Part shown: piece after piece, positions 9,465 to 16,969 of the stretch | Position numbering within the stretch: the first letter of the stretch is position 1 | How the letters are laid out: every line of letters starts with the position of its first letter | Notes under the pieces: generated by a model | Database searches by the model: none | What the model was told of the DNA's origin: nothing | What the model saw: the letters and a program-made list of their open reading frames with translations, nothing else | DNA from: an uncultured Clostridia bacterium | Lineage (GTDB): Bacteria > Bacillota > Clostridia > Oscillospirales > JAAYOS01 | Assembly: GCA_947593925.1 (NCBI GenBank) | Contig: CANQDU010000004.1 | Coordinates: forward strand, 49,834 to 113,833 | Length of the DNA: 64,000 nucleotides | Direction of reading: 5' to 3' | Position numbers and translations under genes: made by a program

Positions 9465-9760
9465 ATGGCCTCGGCGTCTTCCGGCGGGGCGAAGCCCCGC
9501 CCCGCGCTTATGCGCGGTTAAAGTTGTTTGCCACAGGCAAACAACTTTGCGTAGGGGCGATTCATTCGCCCCGAGCATTTCAATCGGAAGGGTTCCCAAA
9601 AAGTCCACAGGACTTTTTGCGGCGTCAGCCGCAAACCGCGCCTGTTCGCGCGGTTGAAGTTGTCGGCAAAGCCGACAACTTCGCGCAGGGGCGATTCATT
9701 CGCCCCGAGCATTTCAATCGGAAGGGTTCCCAAAAAGTCTTTTAGACTTTTTGGGAATTC
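9465..9760. repeat. Hairpin array inserted between the two rplL-3' copies; contains two tandem ~135-bp units
   Basis: Units start at 9512 and 9648 and share an identical 52-nt core AGGGGCGATTCATTCGCCCCGAGCATTTCAATCGGAAGGGTTCCCAAAAAGTC. Flanking hairpins differ by compensatory changes: AAAGTTGTTTGCC-ACA-GGCAAACAACTTT vs GAAGTTGTCGGC-AAA-GCCGACAACTTC. Confidence 0.85.
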
Positions 9761-9821
9761 AGACGCCGAGGCCATCAAGGCCAAGCTCGAAGAGGCCGGC
9801 GCCAAGGTCGAGCTCAAGTAA
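9761..9821 (+). pseudogene. Orphan duplicate of the last 19 codons of rplL
   Basis: Reads ...[19 protein letters not shown] with no start codon or RBS. It is part of the 408-bp-period duplication. Confidence 0.8.
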
Positions 9822-10024
9822 GTTACATTGGTTTGCGAAACATCCGCAGGCAATGCCTGCGGATGTTTTTGTGTCCGAAATTTGATATATTATCTTAACC
9901 TTCGGTGGATTTCTTCACATTCCGGTAGTATAATAGTCTTAGAGCAAATCTTTCCATGACGATAAGAATAAGTAGTACCGAATGGATGTCTGCCGCACAA
10001 ATCGAGTATCAGCGAGGTTATGAA

Positions 10025-10552
10025 ATGAAGCTGTTTGTTTCTTTTTCGGCAAGAAAAACCGGTAATTGTGCACAGATTATTGATTATCTGAAAACGCCGC
10101 AGGATAAAGTGATTTATTACGCGGATTTGAACGCACACGGATGCAGCGATTGCGGTTATGAGTGTTTCAAAACACAATGCCGCTATCGGGACGATGACGT
10201 TTACCGCCTTTACAGCAGCTTTGCCGACTACGAAAAAGTAATTCTGCTTGTTCCGATGTACTGCGGAAATCCTTCCTCCCTGTATTTTGGCTTTAACGAA
10301 AGAAGTCAGGACTTTTTCATGCACCATGAAAACGAATATACGTCTTTTGTAGAGAGGCTGTTTGTCATCGGCGTCTACGGAAGCAGGAAAGAATCGCCGG
10401 ATTTCATAGGGTGCTTTGAAAAATGGTTTGAGGGAACACCTTACCGGCATCATATTCTGGGGATCGAGCGTCACTTGTACCGGCAGACAATGACAGACAG
10501 CGTAACAGATATTGAACCGGTCAAAGCGGCGCTGCGTGGTTTTATACGGTAA
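10025..10552 (+). CDS. Flavodoxin-like fold / NAD(P)H-dependent FMN reductase-type (iron-sulfur flavoprotein-like) protein
   Basis: The likely start is ATG 10025 (MKLFVSFSARKTGNC...) after GAGG, not the track start 9956. SxRKxGNC P-loop-like motif, Cys cluster HGCSDCGYECFKTQC, and LLVPMYCGNPSS. Visibly AT-richer codon usage than the neighbours. Confidence 0.55.
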   Translation: MKLFVSFSARKTGNCAQIIDYLKTPQDKVIYYADLNAHGCSDCGYECFKTQCRYRDDDVYRLYSSFADYEKVILLVPMYCGNPSSLYFGFNERSQDFFMHHENEYTSFVERLFVIGVYGSRKESPDFIGCFEKWFEGTPYRHHILGIERHLYRQTMTDSVTDIEPVKAALRGFIR

Positions 10553-10602
10553 AGTCCCGTTTGTTGAGGCGAGGTATCGCTTTTTGTAAAGGAGAAGATG
10601 TT

Positions 10603-10806
10603 ATGCCGTTTATGACGCCAATGGCATTGATGCGCAAAAATCTGATAATAAAGAAGCTCAGGGCATGCGGCGCTGTCTCGGAAGAGTCTGCAAAATCTCT
10701 GGCCGAAGCGGGCGTTATAAACCCGGACGGCTTTAAGCGCATAACCGACCGGCTTGTCGAAACCGGCAGCATCCACCGCACTTCCGGCGGCAGATATTAT
10801 GTGTAA
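10603..10806 (+). CDS. Small hypothetical protein (67 aa), possibly winged-helix-like
   Basis: ATG 10603 follows AAAGGAGAA. MPFMTPMALMRKNLIIKKLRACGAVSEESAKSLAEAGV...GSIHRTSGGRYYV. No family recognised with certainty. Confidence 0.45.
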   Translation: MPFMTPMALMRKNLIIKKLRACGAVSEESAKSLAEAGVINPDGFKRITDRLVETGSIHRTSGGRYYV

Positions 10807-10810
10807 CGTA

Positions 10811-10844
10811 AAAACATCCGCAGGCAGCGCCTGCGGATGTTTTT
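10811..10844. terminator. Bidirectional terminator (copy 3 of the rplL terminator hairpin)
   Basis: AACATCCGCAGGC-AGC-GCCTGCGGATGTT flanked by an A-run and a T-run. It lies between the small ORF (+) and the MATE gene (-). Confidence 0.8.
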
Positions 10845-10887
10845 ATCGTCCGAAAGTTCGCCGCATCGCGCCCGCGAGGCTCCGCCG

Positions 10888-12267
10888 TCAGCTCTCCGCC
10901 GTCATTTCGCTTTCGGTCCTCGTGAGGTTTTTCAGCCACTTATACTTTCCGAACCGCGCCGCGACGAACGGCAGCTTCACAAACTCGTCCATGCACAGCA
11001 CGACGTACACGGCTACCGGCGGCCATCTCCACACGAACGCGGCGAAGAACCCGAGCGGCAGCACCACTCCCCACATCGCGGCGGCGTCGCATATCAGTCC
11101 GAACCTCGTGTCCCCGCCGGCGGCGAAGACGCCGCTCACCATGCTCGAGTTGAACGACTTTCCTATGCAGTACACGGCGTTCACGACGAGCATCCATCCG
11201 AACAGCCGCGCGACCTCCCCGTCCGGCTTCGCTACTGCGAGGCAGGGACGGTAGAGCAGGAGGAGGACGAGCCCGCTCGCCGCGCCGAATAGAAGCGACC
11301 ACGCGAATATCTTCGAGCCCATCCAACGCGCTCCTTCGAGGTCGTCCTTACCGAGCGCGTTGCCTATCATGATGCTTCCCGCCGTGCCGAGTCCGCCGCA
11401 CCCGACGATGACGAGGCTGCGGAGCGTGCTCGCGAGCGAGTTCGCCGCGACGACGTCCGAGCCGATGTGACCCATTATCGCGGCTATCGCGGCCGTCGCT
11501 CCGCCCCAGATGAGATAGTTCATCTGCACGGGAAGCGTACACTTCCGGAAGTCCCTCGAGAGCCACTTCTCGGTGGACACGCACGCCCGGAGGTCTAGGC
11601 GCGCTCCCCTGCCCCGCGCGGCGAAGGCAAGGCAGAACGCCGTCTCAAGTATCCTCGCGAGCGACGTCGCGCCCGCCACGCCGGAGAGCGCGGCGGATTC
11701 GTTTCCGGGAAACAGAAGATATATCGCGGCGGCGTTCAGCGCGACGTTGCAGATGAGGCAGGACGCGGAGATCTGCGCGCAGAGCTTCGTCTCGCCGACG
11801 CTCCGCATGACGGCGAGCACCATCTGCGACACGCCCATCATCAGATAGCTCACGCTCACCCAGCGAAGGTAGCCCGCACCAAGGGTTATCAGCCGCGCGT
11901 CGTCGGTAAATATCCGCATCAGCATCTGAGGGATGCAGAGCGCCGCGAGGAAGAACAATACGGAGATGACGCAGGAATACCTCAGCGCAAGTCCCTGAAC
12001 CTTCTCTATCGTGGCGGTGTCGTCCTTTCCCCGGTACTGCGCCGCGAGGACCGACGCGCCGGTCGAGAGTCCGAAGTAGAAAAGCGTCAGCACGAACGTG
12101 ACCTGTCCCGCGAGGGACGACGCCGAGAGCGCGTCCCGGCTGACGCCGGAGAGCATCAGCACGTCCGCCGTGCTCACCACCGCGCTGATGAGGTTCTGGA
12201 ACACTATCGGAAGCATCAGTTTCTTCAAGTCACGAAAAAATACCTTTTTGTCTGTTGCGGCGTCCAT
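10888..12267 (-). CDS. MATE family efflux transporter
   Basis: 459 aa, about 12 TM. N-terminus FFRDLKKLMLPIVFQNLISAVVSTADVLMLS is typical of MatE. Confidence 0.9.
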   Translation of the reverse strand: MDAATDKKVFFRDLKKLMLPIVFQNLISAVVSTADVLMLSGVSRDALSASSLAGQVTFVLTLFYFGLSTGASVLAAQYRGKDDTATIEKVQGLALRYSCVISVLFFLAALCIPQMLMRIFTDDARLITLGAGYLRWVSVSYLMMGVSQMVLAVMRSVGETKLCAQISASCLICNVALNAAAIYLLFPGNESAALSGVAGATSLARILETAFCLAFAARGRGARLDLRACVSTEKWLSRDFRKCTLPVQMNYLIWGGATAAIAAIMGHIGSDVVAANSLASTLRSLVIVGCGGLGTAGSIMIGNALGKDDLEGARWMGSKIFAWSLLFGAASGLVLLLLYRPCLAVAKPDGEVARLFGWMLVVNAVYCIGKSFNSSMVSGVFAAGGDTRFGLICDAAAMWGVVLPLGFFAAFVWRWPPVAVYVVLCMDEFVKLPFVAARFGKYKWLKNLTRTESEMTAES

Positions 12268-12288
12268 ATCTCCGCCTCCTTTTCCTAC

Positions 12289-12317
12289 ATTATATCCGTC
12301 CGTACTTGCATAAGCAA
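12289..12317 (-). promoter_or_regulatory. Candidate sigma-A promoter of MATE gene
   Basis: The minus strand reads TTGCTT-17 nt-TATAAT, about 20 nt upstream of the RBS AAAGGAGG. Confidence 0.5.
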
Positions 12318-12505
12318 TAAAAATATGATACTATTTTTATAACGATCGTCTTTTCCGCGGCCGGCGTCCCCGGCACGCAAAATACGATTTTTACAGTTTT
12401 GCGGGCAATTCCGACGGCGGACACCGCCGCTATGATCTATACTGCTTATAAAAGAAGTCCGCACGGCTCGCCGTTCGGACATCACTCAAAAAGGAGGAAC
12501 GCAAA

Positions 12506-13120
12506 ATGACCGAGCAGGAAAGGCAGAAAAGGATAGCCGGAGGGTATCTCTGGCAGGATACCGAGGAGTACCTCGCGCATCAGGCCCGCGTAAAGGACCT
12601 TATGTACGAGTTCAACACCTCGAAGCCGAGCGAGGTGGATAAGCGCCGCGGGCTGATGAAGCAGATGTTCGGGAGCGTCGGCGACGGCGTCTGGATAAAC
12701 CAGCCGCTCACGCTCGCCGTCGGCAGCACCGTCACCATCGGCGAGGGGAGCTACATCAACTCCGGCCTCACGCTTATCGACGACTACAACATCACGATCG
12801 GCAAGGGCTGCCTCTTCGGCACCAATGTCACCCTCTGCACCACCGGCCATCCCATGGACCCGGAGATGCGCGCGACCGGAAGCATGTACTCCTTCCCCAT
12901 CGTCATCGGCGACGGGGCGTGGCTCGGCGCGGGCGTGATAGTCCTGCCCGGCATCACGATAGGCAAGTACGCCGTCATCGGCGCGGGGAGCATCGTCACA
13001 AAGGACATCCCGGACTACACCGTGGCGGTCGGCAACCCCTGCAAGCCCATCCGCACGCTGAGCGAACGCGACAAGGAGTATTACTGGCGCGACCGCCGCT
13101 TCGATGAACAGCCCGACTGA
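12506..13120 (+). CDS. maa: Maltose/galactoside O-acetyltransferase-type hexapeptide-repeat transferase
   Basis: 204 aa. N-terminal Mac domain (QERQKRIAGGYLWQDTEEYL...) followed by left-handed beta-helix hexapeptide repeats (IGDGAWLGAGVIVLPGITIGKYAVIGAGSIV). Confidence 0.85.
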   Translation: MTEQERQKRIAGGYLWQDTEEYLAHQARVKDLMYEFNTSKPSEVDKRRGLMKQMFGSVGDGVWINQPLTLAVGSTVTIGEGSYINSGLTLIDDYNITIGKGCLFGTNVTLCTTGHPMDPEMRATGSMYSFPIVIGDGAWLGAGVIVLPGITIGKYAVIGAGSIVTKDIPDYTVAVGNPCKPIRTLSERDKEYYWRDRRFDEQPD

Positions 13121-13994
13121 GCGCATTGCGCCGTCCGAGGAACCGCATAAGCTCGACCTCAACCCCGACTTCTCCGAGCGGCTTGAGTATACCGTGCCGG
13201 ATATGCCGGTGAGGGCTGGCGGCGGACTTCTCTCGATATTCCGGGACTTCGCCGCGGCCTGTCACTGGCATGACGACTTTGAGCTCCTCGGTGCGGTCGA
13301 GGGCGAGCTGGACTGCTTTGCGGGCGGAGCGACCGTGCATCTGAAGGAGGGCGAGTGCGTCCTTGTAAACTCGCGCCGCCTTCACTACGGCTACTCCGCC
13401 GAAAAGCACGACTGCCGCTACCGCTTCTTTCTGTTCCATCCGTCGATATTCGCGTCTCTCCCACCGGCGGAGAAGGCGCTCGCAGAGCTCACGGCGGACG
13501 GCAGCGCCGACTACTGGAAGTTTGACGCCATGTCCGATGGCGCGTCGCTCTTTGACGAGCTCTGCCGCTTTGCCTCGGAGGAAAACGTCTTCGGGATACT
13601 TGCAAAGTGTGCGGAGTTGATGAACCTCGTGTCCGAGAGCGCGTCGGGACGGGAGCCGCCGTCCGGCGGCGAGGAGCTGGCGGCGCTTCGGGCGATGATA
13701 GGCTTCGTGCAGGCGCACTACCCGGAGAAAATTGACCTCGGGCGTATCGCCGCCGCCGGCGCCGTGTGCCGGAGCCGCTGCTGCCTCATCTTCCGCCGGA
13801 GGCTGGGGTGCTCGCCCATCGAGTACGTCACGCGCTACCGGCTCGAAAAGGCGCGCGCGATGCTTGCGCGTGGCTGCGCCGTAACCGAGGCCGCGTTCGG
13901 ATGCGGCTTCAACAGCGCGAGCTACTTCGCGGAGGTGTTCCGCAGGAGCTGCGGTATGACGCCAAAGGAGTACAGGCGCAGTATGCAAGCCTGA
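13104..13994 (+). CDS. AraC family transcriptional regulator (cupin + HTH_AraC)
   Basis: 296 aa. C-terminal FNSASYFAEVFRRSCGMTPKEYR AraC signature. The start overlaps maa by 17 nt; the start codon is uncertain because there is no clear RBS. Confidence 0.8.
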   Translation: MNSPTERIAPSEEPHKLDLNPDFSERLEYTVPDMPVRAGGGLLSIFRDFAAACHWHDDFELLGAVEGELDCFAGGATVHLKEGECVLVNSRRLHYGYSAEKHDCRYRFFLFHPSIFASLPPAEKALAELTADGSADYWKFDAMSDGASLFDELCRFASEENVFGILAKCAELMNLVSESASGREPPSGGEELAALRAMIGFVQAHYPEKIDLGRIAAAGAVCRSRCCLIFRRRLGCSPIEYVTRYRLEKARAMLARGCAVTEAAFGCGFNSASYFAEVFRRSCGMTPKEYRRSMQA

Positions 13995-14000
13995 AATCAA

Positions 14001-14037
14001 ACGGGGAACGGTATGCGAGTACCGTTCCCCGTTTTTT
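14001..14037. terminator. Bidirectional terminator between AraC gene and GH5 gene
   Basis: ACGGGGAACGGTA-TGCGA-GTACCGTTCCCCGT plus a T-run. Confidence 0.8.
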
Positions 14038-15140
14038 CAGAATCTCAGCCAACCTAGATTTACGCATCGGCTCGCGTCGTCGCACTGCGCGTCGAGCCCG
14101 TCCGCGATGACCTTCCACGTCCAGTAGAACCACCCGATCGCGTCGCGCATGCTGTCCTGGAAGCCGTCCGCGACGGTGGTGTAGAGATGATCCTTCTCGG
14201 CCTTCGTCATCTCCGCAAGGCCGTCCGCGTGGTTCTGTGCGTTCCACTCGCCCACTATCAGCGGCACACGCCGCGCGGCGGCGTTCACGCGCTCGCCGAG
14301 TCCGCGCAGATATTCCGCGTAGACCTTCGCGTTCCGCTCGCGGAAAATGGTCATGTCCGGCGTCATAAGATAGTTGTGCGTATCCAGCACCGCGCCCTCG
14401 AGCGAGCCAAGAAACTCATCCCATATATCGAGCTCGAACGCATCCGAGAACACGACGTATTTCTCCGGCCCCGCGTGGCGGCGGATGGCGGCGTAGGCGT
14501 CGAGGTAGAAGCACCGCAGGAAGTCGAGCGTATAGCTCTCGTTCTTCTTTGCGAGTTCCTTATCGACCGGTTTGTAGAACTCCACGAGGCTGTTGATGTT
14601 AAGGAGCTTTCCCGCCTCGGTGTCGCTGCACATCGGCTCGTTCAGGACTTCGATGCCCCACAGCGCCTCGCGCTTTCCGTAGCGCTCCGCTATCCGTTCG
14701 AGGACGTCCACCGTGTAACGGACGTACTCCGGCTTTGTGGACCACGTGCAGATACCGCAGATGCCCGAGTTGTCGGTTCCGTTGTGACCGCCGGGAGCGG
14801 TGTGGAGATCGACCAGTATCTTCAGCCCGAACTTCTCCGCCCAGTTGCAGGCGCGGTCAAGGTACTCATAGCAGTGTATGTACGGTCCGACGTCCTCAAA
14901 GAGGAAGAACGGTACCGGGATGCGGACGGCGTTGAAGCCCTTCGCCGCTATTTCCTCAAAGTCCCGCTCGGATATGAACTCGTCGCGGTGAACCTTGAGG
15001 CGCTCCGATGCGCGCTCGCGGCCGAGCTCCACGCACAGATACGTCTCGTCCGCAGCGCTCGTTCCCGAGAACAGCTCCTCCGTCATCCACTTTTCAAGCA
15101 CCAGCCAGTTTCCGAGGTTGACCCCGCGCAGCTTTTCCAT
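14037..15140 (-). CDS. Glycoside hydrolase family 5 (glucan beta-glucosidase/cellulase-like)
   Basis: 367 aa. RGVNLGNWLVLEKWM, FNAVRIP, LVDLHTAPGGHNG, and IEVLNEP (acid/base NEP). Confidence 0.85.
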   Translation of the reverse strand: MEKLRGVNLGNWLVLEKWMTEELFSGTSAADETYLCVELGRERASERLKVHRDEFISERDFEEIAAKGFNAVRIPVPFFLFEDVGPYIHCYEYLDRACNWAEKFGLKILVDLHTAPGGHNGTDNSGICGICTWSTKPEYVRYTVDVLERIAERYGKREALWGIEVLNEPMCSDTEAGKLLNINSLVEFYKPVDKELAKKNESYTLDFLRCFYLDAYAAIRRHAGPEKYVVFSDAFELDIWDEFLGSLEGAVLDTHNYLMTPDMTIFRERNAKVYAEYLRGLGERVNAAARRVPLIVGEWNAQNHADGLAEMTKAEKDHLYTTVADGFQDSMRDAIGWFYWTWKVIADGLDAQCDDASRCVNLGWLRF

Positions 15141-15302
15141 ACTTATCCTCCCTTTCCGTTCTCTTTAAGTCCAGTATAACCGCCGAAAGGAATTGTGTCA
15201 ACGACAAATCACCCGCTTTTTGTCCCGTTAATGCCAAATAGACGCAACCCGCGTAAGCAAGTCAAAACTCCGACTACTGCACTTCTGCTGCAAATCTACT
15301 GC

Positions 15303-15621
15303 CCCCGGAAACTCACCCGGTCGGATAACAGCTTTGTTTGGAACAAAGTGTCGCCCTGTTCTGGGGGTAATGGTGTTGTGTCTGTGTTGGGAGAGGGATT
15401 TTTAAGGGAGAGGGCGAAGCCCTCTCCCTTAATCGCGCTTTTTGATTACTTTTTGCGCGAGCAAAAAGTAATGCAGGGGTGCGGGGCGGCACAGCCCCGC
15501 AAGGTGTCGGTAGAGCTCTGCTCTACCTAGGGACGCGGGGGCTCGCCCCGCGAATGCTCGCGGGGCTTCCCCGCTATACGGGTGTGGGCTCTGCACGCTT
15601 GGTCGCGGGCTCCGCCCGCGA
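15303..15621 (+). repeat. Composite multi-hairpin repeat, copy 1
   Basis: About 90% identical over ~270 bp to the reverse complement of 25477-25748; its 3' half also matches 26138-26275. It consists of at least 6 consecutive perfect hairpins and abuts the stop codon of the M29 gene. Confidence 0.85.
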
Positions 15622-16830
15622 TTATATCGCGAAGTCTCCGTCCTTGAATATATCCACTTCCCTGCCGTCCTCGGTGGTGCCGACGATGTGCATATCCGGG
15701 GTGCCGATCATGAAGTCGACGTGGATGGTGCTGTCGTTAAACAGGTGCTCGCTTCCCTTAGGGCCGGCGCCGAGGCCGCGTCCGAGCGCGAGGTGGCAGC
15801 TCGCGTTCTCGTCTATGAGCGTGGTGTAATACACGAGGCCGCTCATGCTTATCGGGGAGTGGTACTCGACAAGCGCCGCCTCGCCGAGGTATCCGGCGTT
15901 CTCGTCGGTATGGATCAGATCCTCGAGCATCTCCTTGCCCTCGTTCGCGAGGACTTCGACGACCTTGCCGTCCTTGAAGCGGAAGCCGAAGTTCTCTATC
16001 TTCTTGCCGCCGAGGACGAGGGGACGGGAGGCGTAGACCACGCCGTTCGTCTCGAACTTGTTCGGCGTCGTGCAGATCTCCTCGGAGGGCATGTTCGCGT
16101 GGAACGGTATGAAGTCCTTCGGCATCTCGCGCTTGCCGAAGCCGAAGTGCGACCACGGCGTGAGGCCGACGGTGAGGTCGGTGCCGTTCGAGGCGGTGTA
16201 GTGCAGCTTCGTGAGCTTCAGCTCATCGACGGCGTTGCCGCGCGCGGACGTGCGGCGGCTCTTCTCCTCCCACGCGGCGACGGGGTCGTTGTCCTCGGTG
16301 ATGTAGCAGAGGCGCAGAACGGTCTCCCACAGCTCGTCAAGAGCCTCCTCGCCGGTCTTGCCGAGGATGTACTCCGCCCACTCTATCGTGGGGATCATCG
16401 CGATGAGCCACTGGCAGTGCTTCTCGCGGCTCGCCTTGCGCATGATGTTCCGGACGGCGTCCACGTGCGCGAATATCGCGCTCGAGTTCTTCTCGGAGAC
16501 GCCCTCCATGAGCTTCGGGTTCACGCCCTCGAGGCGGACGTAGCACGCGCCGTTATCGAGGTAGCCCTGGTGCATGGCGACCTCCCAGTCCTCCACGCGG
16601 CGGACGTCCTCGTCCGAGCGGTACTGCGCCGCGACCTTCATGTTCGGCAGGTCGAGGTAATGCACGACGACGTTCCCCGCGCCGAGCTTGTAGCACTCCT
16701 CCGCGAAGATGCTCGTGAACTGCCAGCCTTCTATCGCGGCCTCGACGAGCACGGTCTGTCCCTTCTGGACGTTCAGGCCGACGCGGGCGAGCGTGTACGC
16801 ATACTTGTGCTTCATTTTTTCGAGATCCAT
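15622..16830 (-). CDS. M29 family aminopeptidase (AmpS/PepS type)
   Basis: 402 aa. The N-terminus KYAYTLARVGLNVQKGQTVLV and overall length are typical of aminopeptidase II / peptidase M29. Confidence 0.85.
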   Translation of the reverse strand: MDLEKMKHKYAYTLARVGLNVQKGQTVLVEAAIEGWQFTSIFAEECYKLGAGNVVVHYLDLPNMKVAAQYRSDEDVRRVEDWEVAMHQGYLDNGACYVRLEGVNPKLMEGVSEKNSSAIFAHVDAVRNIMRKASREKHCQWLIAMIPTIEWAEYILGKTGEEALDELWETVLRLCYITEDNDPVAAWEEKSRRTSARGNAVDELKLTKLHYTASNGTDLTVGLTPWSHFGFGKREMPKDFIPFHANMPSEEICTTPNKFETNGVVYASRPLVLGGKKIENFGFRFKDGKVVEVLANEGKEMLEDLIHTDENAGYLGEAALVEYHSPISMSGLVYYTTLIDENASCHLALGRGLGAGPKGSEHLFNDSTIHVDFMIGTPDMHIVGTTEDGREVDIFKDGDFAI

Positions 16831-16969
16831 ATCCGGTCCTCCTGTTTCTGCGGCGCGCGGACGCGCCGGAAATGCTTTACAACTTTATTCAATAATAGCA
16901 CAGAATCGGAGGATTGTAAACCGTTTTGGGGGAAAACAGCGGGAGCGGCTTTCGCCGCTCCCGCAGATT

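Larger units (their letters stand above)
9353..9872 (+). repeat. Direct duplication (period 408 bp) of the last 61 nt of rplL plus its terminator
   Basis: 9353-9464 and 9761-9872 align over 112 nt with only a few substitutions (GCA/GCC, GTAAAA/GCGAAA, loop GTT/AAT). Confidence 0.9.

Noticed and set aside
9465-9760. Possibility that the hairpin arrays (here and at 15303, 25398 and 25982) are CRISPR arrays
   Set aside because: There is no constant-length direct repeat alternating with unique spacers. The units are individual palindromes of differing sequence, only two or three units are present, and there are no cas genes or leader.
9761-9821. A second rplL gene
   Set aside because: Only the last 19 codons plus the stop are duplicated. 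There is no start codon or RBS, and the preceding sequence is the hairpin array.
9956-10024. Track start codons 9956 (flavoprotein) and 10561 (small ORF)
   Set aside because: The internal ATGs at 10025 and 10603 are preceded by GAGG and AAAGGAGAA at proper spacing. They give N-termini typical of the fold (MKLFVSFSARKTGNC). The upstream extensions lack an RBS.
15195-15829. ORFs predicted inside the hairpin repeats (15195-15530, 15479-15829, 25476-25703, 25990-26283, 26009-26272, 26154-26741)
   Set aside because: They have no RBS. Their apparent similarity to each other merely reflects the DNA repeat, which occurs in both orientations. The sequence is a chain of perfect palindromes, which is not compatible with conserved coding.
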